Shown here piece by piece: positions 39,801 to 48,584 of a stretch of 48,768 nt of DNA; within the stretch, counting starts at the first letter, position 1, and every line of letters begins with the position of its first letter. The notes below the pieces were generated by a model. It searched no databases and was not told the origin of the DNA. It saw only the letters and a program-made list of their open reading frames with translations. The stretch covers positions 15,483,844 through 15,532,611 of the forward strand of contig NC_068985.1 of assembly GCF_001194135.2 (NCBI RefSeq), in the 5' to 3' direction. This DNA comes from Octopus bimaculoides. Taxonomy: Eukaryota. The translations under genes and the position numbers were made by a program.

Positions 39801-42800
39801 TGGGTGCAACTCTCTTGCTTGCCAGCTGCCAATCCAGCCGACCCATGCCAGCATGGAAAACAGATGTTAAATGATGAGGATAATGATAAATGATTCACTG
39901 TTGTTAAGTTATTGTGAAATAGATTTGTGAACACTGATCAAGGAGGATAAACAGGGCTGGCTGGAAGTGTAAAGAAGTAGCTATATGTGGTGTCCATGGT
40001 TGATAGCAATTGTGAGTAGGTCATCAAGAGCGGGTTAGACCAACAATGAATTCCAGAGTTCACCTAGAGTTGATGAAATGGAGTTAACCCCTTTCCCTCC
40101 CCAATTAAAATAAATAAATAAAAAGACATACAAAAGGTGCAGGCATGGCTGTATGGCAAATTTCCTTCCCAACCACATGGTTCTGGGCTCAGTCCCACTG
40201 CATGGCACCTTGGGCAAGTGTCTTCTACTATAGCCTCAGGCCAACTGAATAAAGCCTTGTGAGTGGATTCGGTAGATGGAAACTGAAAGAAGCCCATCAT
40301 ATATATATATGTGTGTGTTTGTCTCCCATTACTGCTTGACAGCTGGTGTTGGTGTGTTTATGGCCCTGTAACTTATCAGTTCAGCAAAAGAGAACGATAG
40401 AATAAGTACCAGGCTTAAAGAATAAGCACTGGGGTCAATTCGTTTGAAACAAGTAAAAATATCAGTATAATACACCAATAATTTTTTTCTTGTCTCAGCC
40501 TTTCATTTAATTATAATTCACAACAGAGAACAACAAATTAGTGAAGGTTTTAATCAGTAAGAATGGCAGAAAATATCTTGTGGATGTTGGGATATCACCA
40601 AAAACTTGACATTGATTTAAATTGCCAAGACTGAGCCAGCCAGGAAACCCCAAGTGGCCTTCTCTAAGCTGCTAAGACTGCATTCCCAAATGACAATGAA
40701 ATAAAACTGAGCCATTGAGAGAGATTCTTCATTGCAACTATCTTGAAGAAATGATAGCAAAATCTCCCTCAGAATAAATCTTACCATCTTGAAATCAGAA
40801 AGACACGTTAGATACTGTTATCCTCCACACATAGCGCCAGATGAAAGAATGAGATGCTCATAGCTGGAATGCTTTTATTGTAAGGTGACTTTCAGCTTTT
40901 AGAACACTGACAATGAAAATAGCTCGACTGGAAACTGAAGATCGCAAACTTCGATTGCTGGTAGCTTATCGTTCCATCCTTTGCAAAAACACTTAACTTT
41001 CAACATTATAGTTTGTTTAACCAAAGTAGTTACTATAGAGAAGGGGACACTGCCGCAACCAGATAAATATGAGGATGGCCACTTAGCAGCAGGATTAGAG
41101 TAGTTGACAAAAGCTTTACTCTATTCGTTCCAGCTCTTTACATTCCAAGTTCAAATCTTATCAACTTAGCCTCTCATTTTTCCGGAGCTTGATAACAATG
41201 AAATATCACTCGGTTATCGAGGCACTCTATCTACTGATAGTGTAGGCGCAATGGCCCAGTGGTTAGGGCAGCGGACTCGCGGTTTCGATTCCCAGACCGG
41301 GCATTGTGACTGTTTATTGAGCGAAAACACCTAAAAAGCTCCACGAGGCTCCGGTAGGGGATGGTGGCGAACCCTGCTGTACTCTTCCACCACAACTTTC
41401 TCTCACTCTTCCTGTTTCTGTTGTACCTGTATTTCAAAGGGTCAGCCTTGTCACACACTGTGTCACGCTGAATATCCCCGAGAACTACGTTAAGGGTACA
41501 CGTGTCTGTGGAGTGCTCAGCCACTTGGACGTTAATTTCACGAGCAGGCTGTTCCGCTGATCGGATCAACTAGAACCCTCGACGTCGTAAGCGACGGAGT
41601 GCCAACAAGAACAACTATCTACTGATCTTTCAAAGGCCATTGCTTTCGACTCTATAGCAGAAGAAAAGTATGGTCACCGAAGCTGTGACAGAGCATGACA
41701 ACTAATTATGAAGTTCTTTTAGAGATGAGGAATTATGTACATTATTTACATATGACGGATATTTGTCCTCATCTTGTTTGTTGTTAACACAACGTTTCGG
41801 TTGATATACGCTCCAGCCTTCATCACAGTGTATATCAGCCGAAACGTTGTTAACAACAAACAAGATAATGAGGACAAATATCCGTCAAATGTAAATAATG
41901 TAAACTAATTATGAAGTTTCGATTTTATAATGGGTCATTAAGCGACACGTCTTTCACTCAGATTATTTTTTTTAATTACTGAAGACAGGACCAGTGAATT
42001 CATTTGCACCACATTGTTAGTAATAAATGTTAATTAGTGCTTTCTGAGCCGATAAGAGGGCTCTACGAGATGGTCGAACAACATCCTGCAATCCTATAAA
42101 AGAAAATGTAGAAGCCGAGTAGACTATTGAAATACAGATGATCGTAACTAGAGTTCCCTCCATTATAATTTCGATCGATCAGAACTGATACAAGGACTGA
42201 ACAACAACAACAATTGTCGCCAGGCCTTGAGGAGGATAAATGCAGAAATTGTTTAACTTGCCAGAATATGAAGATGATATAAATGCGAGATGTCAGTTAA
42301 CTCGACCGATCACGAAGAGTATTTCATTATATACATTTGTCTATGGTGCTCCCACAGAAACATACATACATCATAATCCAGACATGTTTTTTTAGTTTTT
42401 AAATTGACATGGCAACTTTAGTTGTTTGGGTTATTGTCGAGTTAAGGTAGGTAACACTAACTTTGATAGAATCGCAAACTAAACGAGGAAATAAGCATCA
42501 CTGAAAACACAAGCAATAAAATATTGAATAATTTGATAACATTAGATATTAAATAATTAAGAAAGGAACAGCAACAGTATTATGAACTGCAAAGAATTAT
42601 CAGATACTCTTAAAATTTGATTCCCTTGCTAAACACGACGATAACGTTGCACTCTGTGACATAACCAGCTACAGCAGCAAAGTTCCTTACATAGGCAAAA
42701 ACCTGAAGTATTAGAAATGAGTAAGTGAAAAATTAAAAAATTCATGCTTTCGTATCGTTATCAAAACGAAATATTCTTTTCAGAAAGTGATTTTGGATTA

Positions 42801-43648
42801 TGGATTCAGTTTACACAACATCAAGTACCCCTCAGATAGAATTTAAGAAAATAAAAAATAAAAAATAATAGTAAAGATACTTTTTCCCTTTGAATGGGCA
42901 GACGAAGAGGATATTCAAATTTTGAGTACATAATTCAAACACAAGATTTCGTAATGTATTCACAATACGAATGAAGGGAAATGACACCAGGACACGAACG
43001 CGGATCGCCAGGGACTTACATCAATTCATCCTTTGTAGACAAGAATGTGAAAACCTCTGCCTACGACGAACTGTAGACCCTTTCTTCGGAGACTTGGCAA
43101 CAAGGGAGTTTAAAGCTGTGTAGTAAACAGACAGAAGACAAACACTATTATGTAGTGTATTCCTATAAAGAATCATAGATGCGAGCGAAATTATAACAGA
43201 AGAAAATGATGAAATAAAAATAAATTAGAATTCAGCAAGAAAATTATTATTGTAAAACTGCAGAGGAGAAAAAGAGATTATAAACCACTTACGCCTGTGG
43301 ATGAGTGTTAATATGGTAACGGATCTTTTAGAGAATAGATTCTAAGTCAAGTCTTTGGTAACAAGCAGAAAGGAAAAACTAACAAAAAATGTTAAACATC
43401 AAGAGTTGGCTGTCAACTTGATGAAAACCGTTGGCCAACGAGTTAAGACATGCACCGATGCTTTTCCAAAATCTCAACAGTAAATCATTGACTAAAATCA
43501 AATCCAAGTTTTTACTGTTGGATGTTTAAATCCAAGGTGTGATGTACAAAAGAACTGAGAAGTTAACGACAAAATAAGAAAAGAGAGAAGACTTGTCAAA
43601 ATGCGTTATTGTCAACAAGTAAAGTTTTACCTGACTACGCTCGTCCAT
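12763..43648 (-). CDS. ALMS1: ALMS1-like (Alstrom syndrome protein 1 homolog) centrosomal protein, 16 coding exons, about 2,940 aa
   Basis: Phase-consistent exon chain (5' to 3'): 43648-43631, 38449-38240, 36671-31720, ~30035-29443 (gap), 28149-27960, 26306-26188, 25245-25085, 23225-22635 (or 22608), 21934-21873, 21359-20209, 19385-19221, 16464-16226, 15371-15197, 14870-14807, 13798-13699, 12807-12763. The spliced C-terminus ITLQEAFQNYMPNWISRSRERQKRILLAAQERR...AFSKQEMKELNWKLYRNLPEV...KVQKNILNK matches the ALMS motif. Internal LRPYKPPGSQDWYY...TMESGDTGSDDAIGP resembles human ALMS1 LLPYKPSGSTKMYY...TVESSHSGSNDAIAP (recalled). Confidence 0.88.
13699..13798 (-). CDS. ALMS1: ALMS1-like exon 15 (LYRNLPEVISQK...SRVFSM)
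   Basis: tttaacag acceptor, ATG|gtatgt donor, 100 nt, phase 2/0; contains LPEV of the ALMS motif. Confidence 0.9.
14807..14870 (-). CDS. ALMS1: ALMS1-like exon 14 (ENLYKPKKRAFSKQEMKELNWK)
   Basis: cctattttag acceptor, AA|gtaggt donor, 64 nt, phase 1/2. Confidence 0.88.
15197..15371 (-). CDS. ALMS1: ALMS1-like exon 13 (ALMS motif, EAFQNYMPNWISRSRERQKR...)
   Basis: ctcttcag acceptor, G|gtaaga donor, 175 nt, phase 0/1. Confidence 0.92.
15577..15634 (+). ncRNA. Candidate type I hammerhead ribozyme
   Basis: Helix I UUCUGG/CCAGAA (plus GGGA/UCCC beyond a 3-nt bulge), core CUGAUGA, helix II (A.C)AC/GU with 6-nt loop, GAAA, helix III ACA/UGU with GCAG loop, GUC cleavage triplet. Confidence 0.7.
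16226..16464 (-). CDS. ALMS1: ALMS1-like exon 12 (EKIGETWFVSL...PRITLQ)
   Basis: cttattgtag acceptor, CAG|gtgggt donor, 239 nt, phase 1/0; supplies the start of the ALMS motif. Confidence 0.85.
16560..16895 (-). mobile_element. Degraded RTE (Expander-like) LINE 3' fragment
   Basis: FLQRIS...VEPLLLHIERLLLWYFGYVVRTQQERITRWILQVKPTGRR, with stops/frameshifts. Confidence 0.7.
17042..17320. mobile_element. hAT (Charlie-like) MITE
   Basis: 16-bp perfect TIR CAGGGGTTTTCAAACT and 8-bp TSD CTTTAAAT on both sides. Confidence 0.9.
18070..18548 (-). mobile_element. 5'-truncated RTE-clade LINE (ORF C-terminus + 3' UTR + GAT/GAC tail)
   Basis: Translates ...WFGCMNEDSCIKRCQFQIVEETCGRGRHRKTWDKGVRKDLWMLGLTEGMT..., the RTE RGRP.KTW region; its 3' UTR resembles the abundant (GAT)n-tailed repeat. 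Confidence 0.75.
18572..19150. mobile_element. Tc1/mariner-type MITE with a nested RTE-tail insertion (about 18650-19020)
   Basis: 30-bp TIR CAGGGTGG(T/C)CCAAAAGTAGGTTTACAGTTA and TA TSDs. Confidence 0.85.
19221..19385 (-). CDS. ALMS1: ALMS1-like exon 11 (SPGEIQIAPK...RKLAEK)
   Basis: ttcttctgtcag acceptor, G|gtattt donor, 165 nt, phase 1/1. Confidence 0.8.
20209..21359 (-). CDS. ALMS1: ALMS1-like exon 10 (1,151 nt, coiled-coil-like segments)
   Basis: Lies within the 437-aa ORF; gcttttag acceptor, T|gtaagt donor, phase 2/1. Confidence 0.9.
21756..21836. repeat. (GA)n microsatellite
   Basis: About 40 uninterrupted GA units. Confidence 0.95.
21873..21934 (-). CDS. ALMS1: ALMS1-like exon 9 (62 nt, TYKPTEPTKSQLSRQDSYSQR)
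   Basis: tttcatttcag acceptor, AG|gtgagt donor, phase 0/2. Confidence 0.85.
22635..23225 (-). CDS. ALMS1: ALMS1-like exon 8 (NDKDKMKTK...WGDLTMTGHNLPNGEQ)
   Basis: ttcttttgtag acceptor at phase 0; two in-frame donors (exon end 22635 gtaatt or 22608 gtaagt). Confidence 0.85.
25085..25245 (-). CDS. ALMS1: ALMS1-like exon 7 (GSDDAIGP...QERSTL)
   Basis: tttttag acceptor, TTG|gtaagc donor, 161 nt, phase 1/0. Confidence 0.88.
26188..26306 (-). CDS. ALMS1: ALMS1-like exon 6 (PPGSQDWYY...TMESGDT)
   Basis: ctttctttcag acceptor, G|gtaaga donor, 119 nt, phase 2/1; ALMS1-conserved motif. Confidence 0.88.
27455..27773 (+). mobile_element. tRNA-derived SINE with a different head/body but the family-B 3' tail
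   Basis: 14-bp TSD TACTAGTAATAACC; shares GTACCTGTATTTCAAAGGG...GGAGTGC with family B. Confidence 0.85.
27960..28149 (-). CDS. ALMS1: ALMS1-like exon 5 (..DAVLLDNL...WTLRPYK)
   Basis: ttctttcaaacag acceptor, AA|gtaagt donor, 190 nt, phase 1/2. Confidence 0.85.
28262..28638 (-). mobile_element. SINE family A copy
   Basis: Homologous to 43972-44423. Confidence 0.85.
29443..30035 (-). CDS. ALMS1: ALMS1-like exon 4, mostly inside N gap (visible 3' end THISASLKTGESIE)
   Basis: A phase 2 to phase 1 exon is required here. Donor A|gtaagt at 29442 is phase 1, and the acceptor-like ttttctttcca abuts the other gap edge (30037). Confidence 0.65.
29489..30036. other. Assembly gap (N); other gaps at 1861-1870, 3191-3330, 4562-5034, 19445-20051, 25859-25868
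   Basis: Runs of n. Confidence 1.
30081..30372. mobile_element. piggyBac-like MITE
   Basis: TTAA|CCCATTACCT ... AGGTAATGGG|TTAA. Confidence 0.7.
31720..36671 (-). CDS. ALMS1: ALMS1-like giant exon 3 (4,952 nt, about 1,650 codons, Ser/Asn-rich, low complexity)
   Basis: The 1623-aa ORF extends in frame to a T-rich ...ttctag| acceptor at 36672-36673; donor AG|gtaaga at 31719; phase 0/2. Confidence 0.9.
36790..37111 (+). mobile_element. (GAT)n-tailed RTE-3'UTR-like repeat, opposite orientation (also 25735-26083, 39700-39885)
   Basis: Reverse complement of the 31400-31647 type copy. Confidence 0.85.
38240..38449 (-). CDS. ALMS1: ALMS1-like exon 2 (TWFTLLEESS...VQTFE)
   Basis: Poly-T tract + cag acceptor, GAG|gtaaga donor, 210 nt open, phase 0/0. 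Confidence 0.8.
38540..38924 (+). mobile_element. tRNA-derived SINE (family B), full length
   Basis: A/B-box head (TGGCCCAGTGGTTAGG...GGTTTCGATTCC), (AAC)n tail, 12-bp TSD ACAATGTCATTA. Confidence 0.9.
41239..41614 (+). mobile_element. tRNA-derived SINE (family B), CpG-rich young copy
   Basis: Homologous to 38540-38924; 12-bp TSD CTATCTACTGAT. Confidence 0.9.
41716..41902. mobile_element. Palindromic (internally inverted) Penelope-like retroelement remnant
   Basis: About 70-bp inverted arms (41738-41809/41830-41902), 16-bp TSD AACTAATTATGAAGTT, CCGAAACGTTG motif. Confidence 0.65.
43631..43648 (-). CDS. ALMS1: ALMS1-like putative coding exon 1 (MDERSQ)
   Basis: aaatATGG start context, CAG|gtaaaa donor at phase 0 matching the next exon; two CCGGAAGT motifs lie just upstream. 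Confidence 0.55.
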
Positions 43649-43688
43649 ATTTATAACATTCAAGTTTACCTCTCGTTACTGCGGTACT

Positions 43689-43732
43689 ACTTCCGGTCGG
43701 AATTTCGAATTCAAATAGTTGTTTACTTCCGG
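43689..43732 (-). promoter_or_regulatory. Putative TATA-less promoter with two ETS-type CCGGAAGT motifs
   Basis: ACTTCCGG at 43689-43696 and 43725-43732, 40-85 bp upstream of the proposed ATG, in a locally CpG-richer patch. Confidence 0.5.
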
Positions 43733-43971
43733 ATTTTTGAAAGCCAATGTTGTTCACACAATGTTGGCTTGGATGCAGTTTGACATTTCATTCGAAATTA
43801 TGAAATGAAATAACCACTCCGAATGACGGTTGTAATACACATTAATAATTCTACCAATCCATCTATCTTCGTTGGAGAAGATCCTTGAGGAACCTCCCCA
43901 GTATGTTCCGATCAGAAGCAACAGTTATTGCACTTTCCGGCTGCATTTCTAAAATTGACTGACTGAGACTA

Positions 43972-44180
43972 TACTCTTTTACTTGTTTCAGTCATTTGAC
44001 TGCGGCCATGCTGGAGCACCGCCTTTAGTCGAGAAAATCGACCCCAGGACTTATTCTTTGTAAGCCTAGTACTTATTCTATCGGTCTCTTTTGCCGAACC
44101 GCTAGGTTACGGGGACGTAAACACACCAGCATCAGTTGTCAAGCAATGGTGGGGGGACAAACACACACACAAACACACAT

Positions 44181-44257
<77 letters not shown>

Positions 44258-44423
44258 TACGACGGGCTTCTTTCAGTTTCCGTCTAGCAAATCCACTCAC
44301 AAGGCTTTGGTCGGCCCGAGGCTATAGTAGAAGACACTTGCCCAAGGTGCCACGCAGTGGGACTGAACCCGGAACTATGTGGTTGGTAATCAAGCTACTT
44401 ACCACATAACCACTCCTGCGCCT
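43972..44423 (-). mobile_element. SINE family A (tRNA-like head, internal TA/CA microsatellite), full length
   Basis: Head GGCGCAGGAGTGGT..TGTGGTAAG...GGTTCAGTCCC, tail ...AAACAAGTAAAAGAGTA; many homologs in the window. Confidence 0.85.
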
Positions 44424-44434
44424 ATATGGATATA

Positions 44435-44658
44435 TTATTCAACCGTCTCATTCATGAGCTATCCCCAAGGTATCCTGCTGGTTGAAGAATCCGTCTTACG
44501 ATTCTTTCCTATGAAATACCATGTCTGTAGTGCCGGAGCTGTGACATCTCAATACGAAGTAGCGGTTCGACATGGAGAGATTCTTTGATCTCCGAGCATC
44601 ACACCCTGTCCAGTAACGTGACTCCAGAGATCCTTCAGAAGAACCCCATTTCGGCCGC
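44435..44658 (-). mobile_element. Degraded RTE (Expander-like) LINE fragment
   Basis: AAEMGFF*RISGVTLLDRV*CSEIKESLHVEPLLRIEMSQLRHY; both stops are consistent with CGA>TGA decay. Confidence 0.75.
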
Positions 44659-45564
44659 TTAAAAAAAAAAGCGCTAAAAAACAATGACCCCAGTACAAAA
44701 CGGAAGGAACCACACAGGAACTAGATACTAGAATCCTAGAATATCTACAAAAATTCTAAAGTATGGTATTTTATTCTTTGTAAAATATATTATGAAAGGT
44801 CAATTAAGTCATTTTAATTAGTCTTAGTAATCACGAGTTGCCTCATTTGCTCGTAAAATATGATTTAGACTACACCTATGGAATCCCCGAATATCTACAT
44901 AAATTCTAGTATACTGGTTTATATGTGTAAAATATAATCAGTTTAATTAATCTTAGTAGTCACTTAGGTAAAAGAAAAAAAGAAGTTATTTGTCAGTTGG
45001 ACGAATATAGCATGTTGTTTCTGTTGCTAAAGCCAAAAGAATGCCGTTTCTATGAGGTCCGTTTCGTTTTGTACTGGAGATCGTGGTTTACGTAACATAT
45101 TCGACAGCTTAAATAATAAAATAAAGTAAAATATAATTTGTTATAGATTCGACAGATTAAATGAATCAGTAAAAGTATATTAATTAAAAATTCATCCTTG
45201 TGGATGTACGACATAAACACGACTTCATTCATTCCATGCTTTTTTTTTGTTCTTTAAACATTTTCAATAGTGTATATGTTTTTTTTGTTTTTTTTACCAT
45301 TTCCTTCAAGTTATCTAGCCTTGACGCGTAAAAGAAGGTTGATGGAACTGGTCTGTCGGATGAATTTCAAAGGATCGCCCTTATCACACATAGGAGTACC
45401 TGTGTCTGTGAAATGCTCATCTACCTCGTCTGAAGAGCAGATAGTTCTGTCGATCGAACAAGTGGTATACTTAACGTCGAAATCTTCGCAAAATCATCAC
45501 CATCACCACCATCATCATCATCATCATGATCGCCATCTAGTAGTCATTGAAATTCCAACATTAA

Positions 45565-45783
45565 TAATAATCTTTTCTAATCTAGGCACAAGGCTCGAAA
45601 TTTTTGGGGAGGAGGCCAGTCGATTAGATCGACCCCAGTACGCAACTGGTACTTAATTTATCAACCCCGAAAGGATGAAAGGCAAAGTCGACCTCGGCGG
45701 AATTTGAACTCAGAACGTAGAGACAGACGAAATACCGTTAAGCATTTCGCCCGCCGTGCTAACGTTTCTGCCAGCTCACCGCC
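45565..45783 (-). mobile_element. SINE family C (GGCGG(T/C)GAGCTGGCAGAAACG head); other copies near 29200-29406, 9310-9465, 1228-1340
   Basis: 12-bp TSD TTCCAACATTAA; several dispersed homologous copies. Confidence 0.85.
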
Positions 45784-45984
45784 TTCCAACATTAAAAAAA
45801 AAAAAAATAAAATAAAAAAAAAAAACATTTCATAAAGTTCTCATAACACGCTGTTGTTTAGTCCCAGGTTAGACCTGATCACATATATCTTTGATCAAAG
45901 ACGTTCTGGCCGTGACATTTCTGTCTCCACAGATGTAATTTTCCTCAAATTCTTTTATTCTGTTACCTAATTTTACTTTAATAG

Positions 45985-46135
45985 CGTTAGAATTAGGTTT
46001 TAAGATTAGAGTTGGGGATTAGGGTTTAGGGTTGGAGCTTTGGTTGGAGTCTAGGTTAGAATTAGGGTTTAGGGCTAGAGTTAGATTTAGGATTTAGGGT
46101 TAGAATTAAGGTAGGATTAGCGATTAGGGTTAAAC
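45985..46135 (+). repeat. Degenerate interstitial telomere-like (TTAGGG/TTTAGGG) array
   Basis: Repeated TTAGGG, TTTAGGG, TTAGAG and TTAGGT variants. Confidence 0.75.
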
Positions 46136-46170
46136 CAACCAGTGGATGACCTGGGGTGAATGAATTAGTG

Positions 46171-47174
46171 GCATAACTACAGATTTGTGCCCCACCGTCT
46201 TTGGATGATCATAACTTTCAGAAAAATGGATATTTTTTTAAAGAAATTTTCTACGAATATGTGTTATATCATGTAGATTCCGAATATACAAATTTTTTTT
46301 GGGAAAGTGTTGGGTGGGGAATTTCGAAAAATTTACCGGAGTCCACTTCAATGCGTCTTTCAAGAAAATGGATATTTTTTAATGAAATTCTCTACAAATA
46401 TACCTCGGACTATGTAGATTCCGAGGACATAGGAATTTTGGGGAAAAATAACTGAGGGTTATTTTTGAGAATTGTTCCCCACCCGGGGGTGTTTCGGTAC
46501 AAATCGTCCATATTTGTTTCATTTTCTCCGTTTTGTGCGTTTGTGCATCCGTACTGAAGCAACAAGCAGGCAATGAAGCCCCCACCAGAAAATTATGCTA
46601 AAAATAACAGCTAAAGGTCTGGTATACAGAAATATGTTATTAAGACGACTTATCTGTTGCATACAATTTTTTCCCCACTTTAAGTATATTCCCAGGTAAA
46701 CGTTTCTAATAGAAAGGCATAAGACACCCGAAGCGAAAATAAGGAATATACACGCACAGTTAAATAATGAAGTGTAAAGTATAATTTGTTACATAATGTA
46801 TGTGGTAGAAATCTACGGATGCACAAACGCACAAAACGGAGAAAATGAAACAAATATGGACTTGTTCAGAAACATCCGCGAGTGGAGAACAGTTCTCAAA
46901 AATAACCCCCAATTGATTTTTTTTCGCCAAAATTCCTTGGTCCTCGGAATCTACATAGTCCGAGGTATATTTGTTGAGAATTTCATTTAAAGATATCAAT
47001 TTCCTCCGAACCCCACCCCCTCCTAAAATATTCCCCCCCCCCAATTTTGTGTTTTCGGAATCTACATGATATAACACATATTCGTAAAAAAATTTCATAA
47101 AAAAATATCCATTTTTTCTGAAAGTTACGATCATCCAAAGTCGTGGGGGTGGGAACAGATATCTGTAGCTATGC
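46171..47174. mobile_element. Foldback/MITE-like element with about 370-bp imperfect inverted arms
   Basis: Ends GCATAACTACAGAT / ATCTGTAGCTATGC; the ORF-track peptides at 46201(+) and 47176(-) mirror each other; a related terminus occurs near 3455-3531. Confidence 0.7.
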
Positions 47175-47958
47175 ATGTTAGCAATTAGGGTTAAACCAGC
47201 CAGTGGATGACCTGGGGTTAATCAATTAACATATTTTTAGTGAACATTTCTCTAAAAATTTTCTAGAACAAGTGAATAACAAAATCAGATTCAGCGTGCA
47301 AAATTAAATCAATTTACCTAATTTGGACCCATACGTTTTTCTGTCTGATAAAATAATGCAAAACAAACGTTCGAAAAGGCATGTAAAGAATTTAAAAAGG
47401 AAAATATCCTTACTGAAATTTTTTTGCGAAAAATTACAAAACAAACTGTGCGTTATATTGTAGTCATAGTTCAGTTGATGTAAACAATTAATACATCTTT
47501 TGAAGCGAAGATTCGAAAACGAAAGTTCCGAATAGAAGTACCTGTCAAAGAAAATCGGCGAAAAAAAAATAGAGCAGTACTTTTAAGCAGACAACGCCTT
47601 GGCTTGTTACTATAGTAACAGTCACTAATGTGTCTGTGGTTTTCGATTGGCTAAAATTACCCAAAATTTGCGAACTTCAAAGGTCATTATCCTTTTATTT
47701 ATTAATTTATGACAAAGATAAATCTCATGTCCATAATTAGCATACATCAATGCACCAAATTTCAAAACAATTGGAACAAAATTAAAAGAATTGAAGATTG
47801 TGACAGCAACAAAAACGATTTCCCATTTGTCTTGATGTGCCATTTTCTATCACTATTAAAACTGACGGCATTTTTAACGATAGAAATATTCTAAAAATAT
47901 AAAACACATTTTTCTGCATTTATTATTTAGTATTTATAAGTTATTGTTATTTCAGTCA

Positions 47959-48030
47959 TCCTCGGTAGTATAGTGGTAAGTATCCCCGCCTGTCACGCGG
48001 GAGACCGGGGTTCGATTCCCCGCCGGGGAG
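47959..48030 (+). tRNA. tRNA-Asp (anticodon GTC), 72 nt
   Basis: TCCTCGGTAGTATAGTGGTAAGTATCCCCGCCTGTCACGCGGGAGACCGGGGTTCGATTCCCCGCCGGGGAG; full cloverleaf, G7-C66 pair, TTTT shortly downstream. Confidence 0.95.
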
Positions 48031-48101
48031 GCATATCATTTTAAACTAAAGCCTTTTCATGTATTTATTTAGTATTCATAAGTAAAGGCTTTTATCAGCT
48101 G

Positions 48102-48163
48102 TCCTCGGTAGTATAGTGGTAAGTGTCACGCGGGGGACCGGGGTTCGATTCCCCGTCGGGGAG
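48102..48163 (+). pseudogene. tRNA-Asp pseudogene (10-nt deletion of the 5' anticodon stem)
   Basis: Copy of 47959-48030 lacking ATCCCCGCCT. Confidence 0.9.
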
Positions 48164-48248
48164 GCATATGATTTTATCACAAGCGATTTAAACTAAAGCT
48201 TTTTAATGTATTTATTTAGTATTTATAAGCAAAGGATTTTATCAGCTG

Positions 48249-48293
48249 TCCTCCGTAGTATAGTGGTAAGTACCCACGCGGGAGACCGAGGTT
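48249..48293 (+). pseudogene. Truncated tRNA-Asp pseudogene
   Basis: 5' half plus CACGCGGGAGACCG retained; anticodon arm and 3' end lost. Confidence 0.85.
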
Positions 48294-48475
48294 TATTATT
48301 TTTATCACAAGCTTTTTAATGTATTTATTTAGTTTTCATAAGTAAATGTTTGGCACTGTCATGGTATTAGCTGTCAGAAGTGAAAGTAGAAAAATCTGAC
48401 AAGGAACGTTACTGCTGGTTTGAGTTGATTCTTTGGCTACTGACAGCTAATACCATGACTGGCTGGAGCGAGCTA

Positions 48476-48506
<31 letters not shown>

Positions 48507-48584
48507 ATCTATCTATCACTCGAAAGTTATTGGAACAAATTTGACACCTATATCCATGCGTTTGAAAACACACTAAGTATAAGA

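Noticed and set aside
45430-45467. CTGAAGA-GCAGA-tagt-TCTGT...GAAC...GTA hammerhead-like motif
   Set aside because: No GAAA directly after helix II and no helix I or III pairing; at most a badly decayed remnant.
46201-47176. Two similar ORFs on opposite strands suggesting paralogous genes
   Set aside because: They are the two arms of a non-coding inverted repeat.
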